Assembly (NCBI GenBank): GCA_035622335.1
Contig: DASPVO010000004.1
Location: 1,657-65,656 of the forward strand
Source of the DNA: Nitrososphaerales archaeon
GTDB lineage: Archaea > Thermoproteota > Nitrososphaeria > Nitrososphaerales > Gagatemarchaeaceae
DNA: 64,000 nt
Reading direction: 5' to 3'
Positions 17,197-27,508 of the stretch are shown here, one piece after another; the stretch's first letter is position 1, and the number at the start of each line of letters is the position of its first letter. The notes beneath the pieces were generated by a model that was given only the letters and a program-made list of their open reading frames with translations, had not been told where the DNA came from and did not search any database. Position numbers and translations under genes: made by a program.

Positions 17197-19284
17197 TTGC
17201 AAGCAGCACCCCGCCGAGTAAAGACGATCTACAGCGTCATCGCATCTCCTCAGCGCCTCGAGATACTCAGGATTCTGAACATCAAAGGCCCGCTCACTTA
17301 CAGCGCGCTCAAGACTCTGGCGGGCTTCAAGTCGAAGAAGGAGTCGGGAAAGTTTGCGTACCACCTCAGAAAACTGGTGAAACAGCTCCTCATACAGCTG
17401 AACAGACAGGAGAGAAAGTACACCGTGACCAATCTGGGGAGGCTCGTCCTCAATCTCACCCGTCAGATCGAGGAGCAGTCGCTCGTCGAGAGCGGCAAGC
17501 TCTACGTGAGGACCTCCCACCAGACGATGGAGGAGTTCAACGCGAACAAGATCCTTCAGTCCTTGGTCAAGGAGGCCGGGATGCCGGTGGAGCTGGCGCA
17601 GAGGATAACTAGCGAGACTGAGTCAAGGCTCTACAAGTTCCAGACGCAGTACCTCACTGCTCCCCTGATCAGAGAGATAGTCAACGCACTGCTGGTTGAG
17701 CACAGTCTAGAAGAATATCGGCACAAGCTCACTCGGCTGGGGATGCCCATCTATGACGTCACCCAGCTACTGAACAAGGCTGGCGACGACGGAGGGAACG
17801 CAGAGGTCCTGGTCCACGAGACCGGGCATGCCGTCTTCTCGGAATACCTGTTGCTGGAGCAGCTGCCGAGAGACGTCGCCGACGCCCATCTCTCAGGGGA
17901 CATACACATCAGCAGCGCGGGCTCTTGGGGGCTCAATCCCGACTCCGTCTTTGTCGACCTTCTGTCCGTGAGGAGCCGAGGCTTCAACCCCAACGGGAGG
18001 CTCCTGAACGCGCCGATGATGCAGAGCCCCGAAAACGCAGAGAGGGCTCTGAACATAGCGCTCAACCTTTCATCCATGCTGTGCAACGAGGTCTCCGACG
18101 AGATCGTCTTCGGTAACTTCCTCCAGTACCTCGCACCCCACTGCAAGTCGAGAGGGAAGCACGAACTCGAACAGATGATCCTCAGGTTCTTCGAGACTTC
18201 GAGCGCCCCGCTCGCGACGTCCGAGAGACCGACGATAAGCATCGAGCTCAACCCGTTCAGACACGATGAGGTGGGGAGGGACGTGGTGGACAAGACACTG
18301 GATTCGGCGTTGGCGGCCTACAGAGCATACGTGGAGGAGACTCCGAGACCCGACGTGCGGCTTCTTCTCGCAAAACCGAACCGGGTCGACGACACCAAGA
18401 CGCTGAAGGATGCCGCCGCAATAATCTTCAACGGTGGCAGAATAGCCTTCTTCTCGCCAGATTCACGGAGGAGCTTCATGGGCGTGAACGTCGGAGCGCT
18501 ACCTCCAGACATGCAGGCTGACAACATAAGCGTCCTGCACAACCTGAGCCTGAACCTCCCCCGACTAGCCTATGACTCAAACCAAGATGAGACATACTTC
18601 AGAGCTAAACTAGCTCTCCTGATAGGCGTGGCGGCCGACGCTCTTTCCGCGCGAAGACGGGTGGTCGACAAGGTGCTGAAACGTGGGCTTCTACCTGCGC
18701 TCGCCAACGGGTCTGACTCGGTGACGTCCGAGACGATGCCCTTGGTCATGAACTTGGTGGGATTGGACGAGACGCTTGCGAGCCTAGTCCGTGACCCCGT
18801 CTCGCCGCTGAAGGCCGAGCTGGCTGACAAGATCGTTCAAACCGCGGCTCAGGTCGCGGCTGAGAAGTCGAGCAAGAGCGACCGCATGGCGGTGGCCATG
18901 ATGGAGTTGGACGGGGCTCAGAGGATGGCCAGCCTCGACGCGGAGAAGTACGGCAGGGCCAACATCTCCCCTCTGCAGAAGGGAGGCTACTCTCAGTCCC
19001 CCAGGCTCGTGATGAGCGACCTGGAGAATCCCGATAGGGTCGAACAGGTCTCACGACTGTCTTCGGGGCTGCAGGGTGGACTCTCTGTGACTTTGGATGG
19101 GTCGGCGGACGAGGTGAGGGGCGTCTACAACCTGATACTCAACGCGACGCCAAAGCTCCCGTTCTTCAAGGTCGAGAGGACCATATCGGTCTGCAGGAAC
19201 TGCGGTTGGAAGCTTCCACCCAAGGCGAACAGGTGCAAGAACTGCAAGTCCGTCGCCTCCGTCCAGTATTCGACGGCAGTCTAG
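17197..19284 (+). CDS. wHTH (ArsR-like) + ATP-cone + class III ribonucleotide reductase (NrdD)-like protein with C-terminal zinc ribbon but no glycyl-radical motif
   Basis: N-terminus ASPQRLEILRILNIKGPLTYSALK...FAYHLRKL (wHTH). ATP-cone segment EEFNANKILQSLVKEAGMPVELAQRITSETESRL...LIREIVNALL. NrdD-like DAHLSGDIHIS. C-terminus CRNCGW...CKNCKS, then only VASVQYSTAV. Confidence 0.7.
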   Translation: MQAAPRRVKTIYSVIASPQRLEILRILNIKGPLTYSALKTLAGFKSKKESGKFAYHLRKLVKQLLIQLNRQERKYTVTNLGRLVLNLTRQIEEQSLVESGKLYVRTSHQTMEEFNANKILQSLVKEAGMPVELAQRITSETESRLYKFQTQYLTAPLIREIVNALLVEHSLEEYRHKLTRLGMPIYDVTQLLNKAGDDGGNAEVLVHETGHAVFSEYLLLEQLPRDVADAHLSGDIHISSAGSWGLNPDSVFVDLLSVRSRGFNPNGRLLNAPMMQSPENAERALNIALNLSSMLCNEVSDEIVFGNFLQYLAPHCKSRGKHELEQMILRFFETSSAPLATSERPTISIELNPFRHDEVGRDVVDKTLDSALAAYRAYVEETPRPDVRLLLAKPNRVDDTKTLKDAAAIIFNGGRIAFFSPDSRRSFMGVNVGALPPDMQADNISVLHNLSLNLPRLAYDSNQDETYFRAKLALLIGVAADALSARRRVVDKVLKRGLLPALANGSDSVTSETMPLVMNLVGLDETLASLVRDPVSPLKAELADKIVQTAAQVAAEKSSKSDRMAVAMMELDGAQRMASLDAEKYGRANISPLQKGGYSQSPRLVMSDLENPDRVEQVSRLSSGLQGGLSVTLDGSADEVRGVYNLILNATPKLPFFKVERTISVCRNCGWKLPPKANRCKNCKSVASVQYSTAV

Positions 19285-19290
19285 TTTTTT
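19285..19290 (+). terminator. oligo-T terminator candidate
   Basis: TTTTTT immediately follows the TAG stop at 19282-84. Archaeal terminators are typically T-tracts. Confidence 0.4.
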
Positions 19291-19445
19291 CTCGTCTCTG
19301 AGCACGTACCATGGCTCATGTCAAAAAGAGTAAAGCAGGACCATCTCATGGAAACCCTGGACAGCCACCAGAGTATAGTTTTTGTCAACTCCGCGTTAGC
19401 CGAGCGGAAGATATATACCGTTGAGGAGGGGAATGGGGCGAATTT

Positions 19446-21743
19446 ATGACGTCGATAGTTGAGAAACCACGAGACACTACGGATGGAGGAAGTCAGCGCA
19501 GCACCGAGATAAAGCTGCCAGCGGAAACCCTCGCTGCGTTCGGAGGAGACGAACTCCGCGCGAGGGTGTTCTATGAAAAATATGCGCTCCGGGACCCGAC
19601 GGGCAAGCAGGTCGAGAACAGGCCCGAAGACATGTGGAGAAGGGTCGCGACAGAGCTATCCTCGGTCGAGTCAGAGGATGACAAGAGGCGCGAATGGGCG
19701 ACGAAGTTCTTCTGGCTGCTCGAGGACTACCGCTTCGTCCCTGGGGGACGGATACTCTTCGGGGCCGGACAGCCCAGGAAGTCGACGCTGCTGAACTGCT
19801 ACTTCTTCAAGATAAGGGAAGACTCCATCGAATCGATCTTCGACTTTTGCAAGGAGGCCGCCAGGACATACACCTTCGGCGGTGGCGTCGGGACAGACAT
19901 CTCGAACCTCAGACCCAAGGGTTCCCCGGTCAACAACGCGGCGATCTACAGTTCAGGCTCGGTCTCCTTCATGGAGCTGCTCTCCACCACTACGGGGACG
20001 ATAGGGCAGGCTGGCAGGAGGGGGGCGCTGATGATAACGATCAGGGTGGACCACCCTGACATCTTCGACTTCATCAACGTCAAGAGGGACCTGAAGAAGG
20101 TGAACTACGCGAACATCTCAGTCAAGATAACGGACCAGTTCATGAAGGCGGTGGAGAGCGACGGTGAGTTCCTGCTGCACTTCAAGAACGAAAAGGTGGA
20201 GGTCAACAGGACGGTGAAGGCGAGGGACGTGTGGAAGCAGCTCATCAGAGGGGCTTGGGAGTCAGACGAGCCCGGCGTCCTCTTCTGGGACACGATCAAG
20301 AGGGACTCCACCACGGAGTACAACGGGATGGAGGTCGAAGGGGTGAACCCCTGCAGCGAGCAGACGCTCGAGAGCTACGGCTGCTGCTGTCTGGGCTCGG
20401 TGAACCTGAGCTCGTTCGTCAAGGAGCCCTTCTCCGAGAAAGCAAGCATAGACTGGGACTCCCTGGCGAGGGCGTGCCAGTTCGGTGTCCGCTTCCTCGA
20501 CAACGTGCTCGACTACAACGCGGAGAGGCACCCGCTCCCCCAGCAGAAGAAAGCGTCGCTCTGGAGCAGGAGGATAGGCGTCGGGATCACGGGCCTGGGA
20601 GACATGCTGATCAAGCTCGGCCTGAAGTATGACGACGCGTCCACCATAGAGTTCGTCGACCATCTGTTCGAGAGGATCAAGAACCAGATCTACGAATACT
20701 CCACTGAGCTCGCTAAGGAGAAGGGGAGCTTCCCTGCCTTCGACGCGGACAAGCACCTGTCGCAGCCCTTCATCCAGAGGCTCGAGCCCAAGGTGAGGGA
20801 GAAGATCAGGATCCAGGGGATAAGGAACGCGGCGATCTCGACGATACCTCCGGTCGGCTCTGGTTCAATCCTTGCGGGTTGCTCGAGCGGTGTCGAGCCC
20901 GTCTTCGCGCTCTTCTACACGAGGAGGAGCAAGTCGCTCAGCGAGGGCGAGTTCAAGGTCTTCCACCCGCTGGTGAAGGAGTACATGGCGCTCAACAAGG
21001 TCTCGGACGAGCATCAGCTTCCAAGCTACTTCGTGACGGCTCACCAGATCAGACCCGAGATGAGGGTGAAGATGCAGGCTACGATCCAGAAGCACATCGA
21101 CACCGCAATCTCGAGCACGGTCAACCTCGCGGAGGAGACGACTCCTGAAGAAGTGGATAAGATCTACATGCTCGCGTGGAGGATGGGTTGCAAGGGCATG
21201 ACGGTCTACCGAGAGGGGAGCAGGGAGGGCATCTTGGAGACCGAGAAGGTCGCAAAGAAACCCCAGACCCCTTCTGCCGACTTCGAGAGGCCACGAATGA
21301 TGGAGGGCAGGACGATGAAGCTCAGGCTTCCCCAGGGCGGCATCTACGTCACGACCAACATGATAAACGGGGAGCTGAAGGAGGTCTTCGTGACCCTTGG
21401 AAAGTCCGGTGGTGACGAGAAGGCCGACGCTGAGGCGCTAGGCAGGCTGATCAGCCTCTACCTCCAGCACGGGGGGGACATCAAGAACGTCATCTCCACG
21501 CTGAAGGGCATCAAGGGGAAGTACGCTTCCTGGGACGAAGGGACGCAGCTCCTTTCGATACCCGATGCGGTCGCCAAGGCGCTAGAGATGGAACTCAACG
21601 CCGGCAGCCTCTCGGTCGTGTCAGTCCAGGGACAGAAGGGAGAGCCGCAGGCCGCGACGTGCCCGGAGTGCCACGAAAGTGCCCTGATCTTCGAGAACGG
21701 CTGCTACCGCTGCACGAACTGCGGTTACTCCAGATGTGAGTGA
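19446..21743 (+). CDS. nrdJ: class II (adenosylcobalamin-dependent) ribonucleotide reductase
   Basis: RVFYEKYALRD..., FVPGGRILFGAG, LLNCYFF, GGGVGTDISNLRPKGSPV, EGVNPCSEQTLESYGCCCLGS, and a C-terminal CPEC...CTNCGY zinc ribbon. Confidence 0.92.
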   Translation: MTSIVEKPRDTTDGGSQRSTEIKLPAETLAAFGGDELRARVFYEKYALRDPTGKQVENRPEDMWRRVATELSSVESEDDKRREWATKFFWLLEDYRFVPGGRILFGAGQPRKSTLLNCYFFKIREDSIESIFDFCKEAARTYTFGGGVGTDISNLRPKGSPVNNAAIYSSGSVSFMELLSTTTGTIGQAGRRGALMITIRVDHPDIFDFINVKRDLKKVNYANISVKITDQFMKAVESDGEFLLHFKNEKVEVNRTVKARDVWKQLIRGAWESDEPGVLFWDTIKRDSTTEYNGMEVEGVNPCSEQTLESYGCCCLGSVNLSSFVKEPFSEKASIDWDSLARACQFGVRFLDNVLDYNAERHPLPQQKKASLWSRRIGVGITGLGDMLIKLGLKYDDASTIEFVDHLFERIKNQIYEYSTELAKEKGSFPAFDADKHLSQPFIQRLEPKVREKIRIQGIRNAAISTIPPVGSGSILAGCSSGVEPVFALFYTRRSKSLSEGEFKVFHPLVKEYMALNKVSDEHQLPSYFVTAHQIRPEMRVKMQATIQKHIDTAISSTVNLAEETTPEEVDKIYMLAWRMGCKGMTVYREGSREGILETEKVAKKPQTPSADFERPRMMEGRTMKLRLPQGGIYVTTNMINGELKEVFVTLGKSGGDEKADAEALGRLISLYLQHGGDIKNVISTLKGIKGKYASWDEGTQLLSIPDAVAKALEMELNAGSLSVVSVQGQKGEPQAATCPECHESALIFENGCYRCTNCGYSRCE

Positions 21744-21788
21744 AGCCGCAGAGACACCTTTAGCGGGGAGGCTCATGGTCTTCGCTCC

Positions 21789-22022
21789 ATGAGCAAGTCG
21801 AACTGGAGTCCGGTGTTGCTGGTCCTCCTGATCACGCCGATCGTGATCGCCCCCTTTGTCCTGCTGGGGGTCTACCTCGGATTCTACCTGGGGGGCGCGA
21901 CGGGAGTTTCGAAGGCGATCCTGGCTATAGCCCTCTCGACGGTCGGGTTTCTGGTCTCGGTGGTGATACTCGTGAAAGTTGTCATAGTCCGCATGGCGAG
22001 AAAGTGGCGTCCTAGCGCTTGA
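21789..22022 (+). CDS. small two-TM membrane protein
   Basis: 77-aa ORF with two clear hydrophobic helices. No family recognised. Confidence 0.45.
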   Translation: MSKSNWSPVLLVLLITPIVIAPFVLLGVYLGFYLGGATGVSKAILAIALSTVGFLVSVVILVKVVIVRMARKWRPSA

Positions 22023-22139
22023 GCTTCCTGAGGGCTTCGGCCTTGGCCTGCTCGACCTTGGACCTGACGTCCGCCACTGCCTGCTCGTGAGACTCCTCGA
22101 CCCGCCTTGCGGCCTCGTCGAAGCCTTCCTCTTCGGTCT

Positions 22140-22784
22140 TCATTCCAGTGCGGCCTTCCTCTCGAGGACCTTCTTTACATGCTTTAGCCTGACGAACTCC
22201 TCCCGTTCCCTCTCTTCGAGCGTGGCCTGGATGAAGCGGATGGACGTCTCGTACCTCGGTATGATCATGTATTCGAGGGCGTTCAGGAGCCTCTGGGTCT
22301 TTTCGAGCTCCTTCGCAAGCCTGAAGATGGCGTTCTCGAACTCCGCGGCCCTGAAGATCGAGGGCAGGACCCTTCTCATCTGCCTCGATGCTCTGTCGAC
22401 GGCGACGTTGGAGTCCGCGAACCCATACGTGAGACCGACGTCCTTCTCCGAGAGCTTGAGGGAGGGTATGTCGACGTCCACTATCCTCTTGACGCTGATG
22501 TCCGTCTCGATCATCGGAGGCGTGTTCGACGCAAGCCCTTCGAGCCTGACGGGGCCCAGCTTGAGGTAGGCGTCGTAGAGTGCGAGGTAGGCTTCTGAGA
22601 GAGGCTGGGAGATCTCATCCCTCGCCTCGCTCGCCTGCTGGATCATCTCGTCCAGTCGCTTGAGGAGCACGTCTCTCTTGTCGTCGAGCACCTTCTGGAC
22701 GCGCTTCGCCGTCTGGAGCCGCCGCCTCGTGCCGATCAACTCGATCTTGGTCGGAAGTACGTTCCCGCCAGAAGCTACGGACAT
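22140..22784 (-). CDS. atpD: A-type ATP synthase subunit D
   Basis: LPTKIELIGTRRRLQTAKRVQKVLDDKRDVLLKRL is the typical V/A-ATPase D N-terminus. Follows atpB. Confidence 0.9.
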   Translation of the reverse strand: MSVASGGNVLPTKIELIGTRRRLQTAKRVQKVLDDKRDVLLKRLDEMIQQASEARDEISQPLSEAYLALYDAYLKLGPVRLEGLASNTPPMIETDISVKRIVDVDIPSLKLSEKDVGLTYGFADSNVAVDRASRQMRRVLPSIFRAAEFENAIFRLAKELEKTQRLLNALEYMIIPRYETSIRFIQATLEEREREEFVRLKHVKKVLERKAALE

Positions 22785-22789
22785 TGAAC

Positions 22790-24193
22790 CTACTGGCCCT
22801 TCACGTAGTACTTCTGGATGAACTCTTCCTTTATGTTGGTGAGCTCAGACTCTGGAAGGTCAGAAAGGACCTCCCACGCTATCCTCAGGCTGTCTTCGAA
22901 CGTCCTGTTCTCGTCGTACCCCTGGTTGAGGTACTTGCTCTCGAAGTCGTCCCCGAACTGAAGATACTTCAGGTCGGACGCCGTGAGGCCCGACTTTCCC
23001 ACGATCTCTGCGAGCGCCCTCAACTCTATCGACCTCGAGTAGGCGTTGTAGAGCTGGTTCCCGACCTGGGAATAGTCCGGCCGAGCGCCGCCTCTCTTGA
23101 TCACCGTCCCCAGAGCGGGTCCCATGAGCCTGCTCAGACTGGAAAGGACGTAGACTGGAGGATAGATCCCCTTCCTGAAAAGGTCTCTACCGAGGAATAT
23201 CTGCCCTTCGGTGATGTAGCCCGTGAGGTCAGGGATCGGGTGGGTGACGTCGTCGCTTGGCATGGTCAGAATGGGCATCTGAGTGATGCTGCCCTTCCTG
23301 CCCTTTATCTTCCCGGCTCTCTCGTAGAGAGTCGACAGGTCGGTGTAGAGATACCCCGGGAATCCCTTCCTCCCCGGCACCTCCTCTCTCGCTGCGGAGA
23401 TCTCGCGCAGGGCCTCTGCGTAGTTGGTTATGTCGGTGATGATCACGAGGACGTGCATTCCTAGTTCGAACGCGAGGTACTCGGCGGCTGTCAGGGCTAC
23501 CCTGGGTGTGATTATCCGCTCTATCGCGGGGTCGTCTGCCAGGTTGAGGTAGAGGATGCTTCTTCTGATGGCTCCCGACTGCTCGAGTGTCTTTTGAAAG
23601 AAGGAGGCTTCGCTGTGGGAGACTCCGACCGCCGCAAAGACCACCGCGAACTCCTCTCCCTGACCCGCGACGGTCGCCTGCCTCGCAATCTGGGCTGCGA
23701 GGTTGTTGTGGGGCATTCCCGCGCCCGAGAAGATCGGGAGCTTCTGCCCCCTCACGAGAGTCAGCATCCCATCGATCACCGAGACGCCCGTCTGAATCAG
23801 GTCCGTGGGGTACTCCCTCCTCTCGGGGTTAATCGGAGCGCCGTTCACGTCGAGGAACGTCTTGGCCACGGGCTCCGGGAGCCCATCAAGCGGCTTGCCC
23901 AGGCCGTCGAAGACCCTGCCGAGAAGCTGGTCCGATACGGGGATTTCCATCGTCCGTCCGAGAAACTTCGCTCGTGTACCGCTGACCGAGAGTCCAGAGG
24001 TCCCTTCAAAGACTTGGACCACGGCCTTCCCGAAGCCCGTCTCGAGGACCCTGGCCAGCCTGCGCGTGCCGCTCCCGTCCTCGATCTCCACGAGCTCATC
24101 GAACGCCGCCTTCTCGACCCCGTCGACCACAAGCAGAGGACCCTTGATCTCCGCGACCTTACTGTATTCCAGACCCGAGGAGGACTTAGCCAG
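22790..24193 (-). CDS. atpB: A-type ATP synthase subunit B (5' end extended beyond the first canonical start codon)
   Basis: The ORF-track version starts at GTG 24130. The in-frame upstream codons encode ...[16 protein letters not shown], the conserved first strand of AtpB. Only CTG (24193, 24172) or ATC are available as starts after the in-frame TGA at 24238-36. Confidence 0.88.
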   Translation of the reverse strand: MAKSSSGLEYSKVAEIKGPLLVVDGVEKAAFDELVEIEDGSGTRRLARVLETGFGKAVVQVFEGTSGLSVSGTRAKFLGRTMEIPVSDQLLGRVFDGLGKPLDGLPEPVAKTFLDVNGAPINPERREYPTDLIQTGVSVIDGMLTLVRGQKLPIFSGAGMPHNNLAAQIARQATVAGQGEEFAVVFAAVGVSHSEASFFQKTLEQSGAIRRSILYLNLADDPAIERIITPRVALTAAEYLAFELGMHVLVIITDITNYAEALREISAAREEVPGRKGFPGYLYTDLSTLYERAGKIKGRKGSITQMPILTMPSDDVTHPIPDLTGYITEGQIFLGRDLFRKGIYPPVYVLSSLSRLMGPALGTVIKRGGARPDYSQVGNQLYNAYSRSIELRALAEIVGKSGLTASDLKYLQFGDDFESKYLNQGYDENRTFEDSLRIAWEVLSDLPESELTNIKEEFIQKYYVKGQ

Positions 24194-25976
24194 CGACGGC
24201 CACCGCCTGAACCGTCCCGAAAGAAGCGAACTCGCTCAACATCTCCTTCACGACCGCGTCCAGCTTGTCCATCTCGTCATTCTTGATGGCGAACTTCGCC
24301 CTCAGCATCTTGGAGGTGACCTGCATCCCCCTGACCTTGGCGAGCGGCACCCCGTTCCTAAGGCATTTCAGAGCCTCCTGATGAAACTGGACGAACATCT
24401 TCATCATCACGAACTGCTTCTGCGGGCTGCAGTAGGCGTCCGTGTCGTCGTACGCGTTCTGCTGGAGGAAGCCTATCTGGATCATCCTAGCGACGTCCAG
24501 GATCAGCTTCTCCTCGTCGGGGAGGGCTTCAGGCCCGAGGAGCCTGACTATCTCCTTAAGCGCGTCCTCTCTCTGGAGGATTCCGTAGGCTTCGCTCCTG
24601 ACCGAAGCCCACTCCTTGTCTACCTTCTCCGCCCACCACTTGGCGACCGAGTCGACGTAACCTGAGTATGAGGTCATCCAGTTGATCGAAGGATAGTGGC
24701 GTGAGTAGGCGAGCCTTGCATCTAGCGCCCAGAAGTTCTTCACGAACCTGATTGTCTGCGCCGTTACCGGTTCGGTGAAATCGCCCCCGGCGGGCGACAC
24801 CGCCCCGATGAGGGTGATGGAACCTGTCCGTTCAGGGGAGCCGAGCACTGTCATCCTGCCCGCTCTCTCGTAGAACTCGGCGAGCCTTGAAGCCAGGTAG
24901 GAGGGGTAGCCCTCCTCTGCCGGCATCTCTTCGAGCCTTCCGCTTATCTCTCGCAAAGCCTCGGCCCATCTGCTGGTCGAGTCCGCAACCAGAACGGTGT
25001 CGTAACCCATGTCCCTGTAGTACTCTGCCATGGTCGCGCCCGTGTAGATGCTGGCCTCCCTTGCGGCGACCGGCATGTTGCTGACGTTCGCCACGAGGAT
25101 CGTCCTCTCCATGAGGGGCCGGCCCGATGCAGGGTCGATCAGCTCTGGGAACTCGACGAGGACTTCGGTCATCTCGTTCCCACGTTCTCCGCAGCCGATG
25201 TGGAAGACGACCTTGGAGTCGGCCCACTTCGCTATAGAGTGAAGGGTGACAGTCTTGCCGGTGCCGAACGCGCCGGGTATGGCGCCCGTACCGCCCTTTG
25301 CCATCGGAAATACAGAGTCGAGCACTCGCTGGCCGGTCATGAGCGGTATCGCGGGGTCCAGTCTCGCTCTGATGGGGCGGGGCGTCCTCACCGGCCAGCG
25401 GTGGTAGAGTTTGAGCTCGTGCTTGTCTCCGGCCTTGTCCTCGGCCACACAGACCGTCTGGTCGAGCGTGAACTTCCCTCCCTTGACAACGTCCTTCGCC
25501 TTCGACCTTTGGAGTGTTGGCGGGGCGAGTATTCTGTGCTCGATCAGAGGCGTCTCCTGGACCGTCCCGAGCACTGTTCCTCCTTCGACCTCGTCGCCGG
25601 GTTTGACCCGCGGCGTGAACTCCCACTTCTTGTCGAACGGAATCGAGTCGGCCGTCACTCCTCTGGTGATGAATGCGCCTGCCTTCTTCGCGATTACGTC
25701 CAGAGGCCTCTGAAGTCCGTCGTAGATCGTCCCGATCATGCCCGGACCCAAGGTCGTCGAGAGGGGTTGACCCGTCCCCGTGACAGGCTCGCCTGGCCTG
25801 AGGCCGCTGGTCGATTCGTACACCTGGACGAATGCTATGTCGCCCGTGAGCTTGATGACCTCCCCGACGAGCTTCTCTTCGCCGACCTGTACCACCTCGT
25901 ACATCTTGGCCGCTGCCATGCCCGATGCCTTGACGGCCGGTCCGGAGATCCACTCAATCTTCCCCTTGACGACCAA
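24186..25976 (-). CDS. atpA: A-type ATP synthase catalytic subunit A
   Basis: 596 aa. [10 protein letters not shown]-terminus, Walker A GAFGTGKT, non-homologous region insert. TTG start. Confidence 0.95.
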   Translation of the reverse strand: MVVKGKIEWISGPAVKASGMAAAKMYEVVQVGEEKLVGEVIKLTGDIAFVQVYESTSGLRPGEPVTGTGQPLSTTLGPGMIGTIYDGLQRPLDVIAKKAGAFITRGVTADSIPFDKKWEFTPRVKPGDEVEGGTVLGTVQETPLIEHRILAPPTLQRSKAKDVVKGGKFTLDQTVCVAEDKAGDKHELKLYHRWPVRTPRPIRARLDPAIPLMTGQRVLDSVFPMAKGGTGAIPGAFGTGKTVTLHSIAKWADSKVVFHIGCGERGNEMTEVLVEFPELIDPASGRPLMERTILVANVSNMPVAAREASIYTGATMAEYYRDMGYDTVLVADSTSRWAEALREISGRLEEMPAEEGYPSYLASRLAEFYERAGRMTVLGSPERTGSITLIGAVSPAGGDFTEPVTAQTIRFVKNFWALDARLAYSRHYPSINWMTSYSGYVDSVAKWWAEKVDKEWASVRSEAYGILQREDALKEIVRLLGPEALPDEEKLILDVARMIQIGFLQQNAYDDTDAYCSPQKQFVMMKMFVQFHQEALKCLRNGVPLAKVRGMQVTSKMLRAKFAIKNDEMDKLDAVVKEMLSEFASFGTVQAVAVAG

Positions 25977-26137
25977 GGCTAAGAATCAAGAAAGCCTCGG
26001 GCGAGTACCTTCAAAAGCCTTGTGATGGGTCAAGAGGTTTTTCCGCTCGGTGAAGCGCACCCGGACCTTAGGGTTGTGCCAGTCCCGTTCCCTTCGTGAA
26101 CAAGGGTTTATCATCCACTCAGGGTCTCAGGCACTGG

Positions 26138-26860
26138 ATGCCCAAGCCTCACGAAGGGAAGATAGTGGTCTCGAAGGACGGTCCATACGTGGTCTCCGCT
26201 GGGATTCCGCTCACCATGGAAATAATTGAGCCCAACGAGGAAGGCCTGTCTTGGAACTGGAAGAGGGCGAAGAGCTTCGAGACCAAGGGGGAGTACAGGC
26301 TCTGCCGCTGTGGTCGGTCGAAGACAAAGCCATTCTGCGATGGTTCGCACGCTCGGGCTCACTTCGACGGCGAGGAGACGGCGACACGCCAACCATATGC
26401 GAGGCAGGCCGACGTGTTCGACGGCGCGACCATGACGCTCAGCGACGCAGAGAATCTTTGTGCCTTCGCCCGCTTCTGCGACCCGGGAGGCAAAATCTGG
26501 TCACTGCTGGATTCGACCGACGACCGAGAGACCCGAAAGCTCGTCATAAGAGAAGAGGAGCATTGTCCCTCGGGAAGGCTGGTGCTCCACGACAAGAAGA
26601 CGGGTGAAGAGATCGAGCCGGAGCTCGAACCCTCGATAGGTGTGGTGGAGGACCCCGCTCTGGGGTGCAGCGGCCCCCTCTACGTGCAGGGAGGAGTGAG
26701 GGTCGAGTCCGAGGATGGGATACCTTACGAGGCTAGAAATCGCGTGACCCTCTGCCGCTGCGGGGCGTCGGCCAACAAGCCATTCTGCAACGGGAGCCAT
26801 GCGAGCATCCGCTTTAGGGACGGCCTGGTTGAGTTCATCCCTCTAAAGAAAGGTAAGTAA
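26138..26860 (+). CDS. iron-sulfur protein with two CDGSH-type domains
   Basis: CRCGRSKTKPFCDGSHA and CRCGASANKPFCNGSHA flank a Cys-containing middle (CAFARFCDPGG...CPSG). ATG 26138 is preferred over GTG 26096. Confidence 0.8.
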   Translation: MPKPHEGKIVVSKDGPYVVSAGIPLTMEIIEPNEEGLSWNWKRAKSFETKGEYRLCRCGRSKTKPFCDGSHARAHFDGEETATRQPYARQADVFDGATMTLSDAENLCAFARFCDPGGKIWSLLDSTDDRETRKLVIREEEHCPSGRLVLHDKKTGEEIEPELEPSIGVVEDPALGCSGPLYVQGGVRVESEDGIPYEARNRVTLCRCGASANKPFCNGSHASIRFRDGLVEFIPLKKGK

Positions 26861-26885
26861 GTCAACGGGTAAGCCCGAGCGATCC

Positions 26886-27506
26886 CTAAGGCTTCTTGGA
26901 CGCACCGGCGCTCTGACCTGTCAGGAGGTCGGATACACTCTTGCGCAGCATCGGTCGCATCCTCTCTAGCCTGGCCTCGTACGTGTTGTCGAACCTCACG
27001 CTGCCGTCCAAAGACACGAGCACCGCACCCCCGAGAGACTGTATCGCTTCCTCTGACAGTGAGAGCTTGACGGGACCCTTGTTCAGCTTCTTCAAGACGG
27101 ATGCAATCACTTTGTGGTCTTCCTTGTTGCAGTGCACGCTCGCGACCGGTCCTATCGCCTCCATCCCCTCTTTGATCAGCCTCCCGAGGGATGCTTGGCG
27201 TTCTTCGAGAGGAGCTGACGCCAGCCTCTTGTTCGCTTCATCGAAGACGTCGTTGACAGCGCGCTCTAGAGCTTTGAGCTGCATGTTTCTCGATTCTAGT
27301 TCTGCGGAACCTATGATCTGCCTACGCAGCTGCTCCGCCTGCCTCCTCCCCTCTTCGAGGATCTTAGCTGTCGCGTCGGTGCTCTCCTTTCTCGCTTCTT
27401 CGATTAATCTCAGTGAAGCATCCTTTCCTTCGGCGAGATCGGAGATTACTCCCTCCTCGAATTCGGAGGAGACCTTCGAGAGCGTCATCTCTGCTGCTTC
27501 GCTCAC
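26886..27506 (-). CDS. atpE: A-type ATP synthase subunit E
   Basis: 206 aa. Long N-terminal charged helix (EEGRRQAEQLRRQIIGSAELESRNMQLKALE) plus a globular C-terminus. Sits next to atpF. Confidence 0.8.
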   Translation of the reverse strand: MSEAAEMTLSKVSSEFEEGVISDLAEGKDASLRLIEEARKESTDATAKILEEGRRQAEQLRRQIIGSAELESRNMQLKALERAVNDVFDEANKRLASAPLEERQASLGRLIKEGMEAIGPVASVHCNKEDHKVIASVLKKLNKGPVKLSLSEEAIQSLGGAVLVSLDGSVRFDNTYEARLERMRPMLRKSVSDLLTGQSAGASKKP

Positions 27507-27508
27507 TC

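Noticed and set aside
19310-19424. 37-codon ORF (MAHVKKSKAGPSHGN...) in the nrdJ upstream region
   Set aside because: It has no motif, and it spans the presumed nrdJ TATA box and leader. It is probably fortuitous.
22087-22569. 160-aa plus-strand ORF antisense to atpD
   Set aside because: Ser/Leu-rich antisense shadow of a well-supported gene.
24832-25953. 373-aa ORF on the minus strand inside atpA (alternative frame)
   Set aside because: It is extremely Arg/Gly/His-rich and lies entirely within the well-supported atpA frame. This is a typical high-GC shadow ORF.
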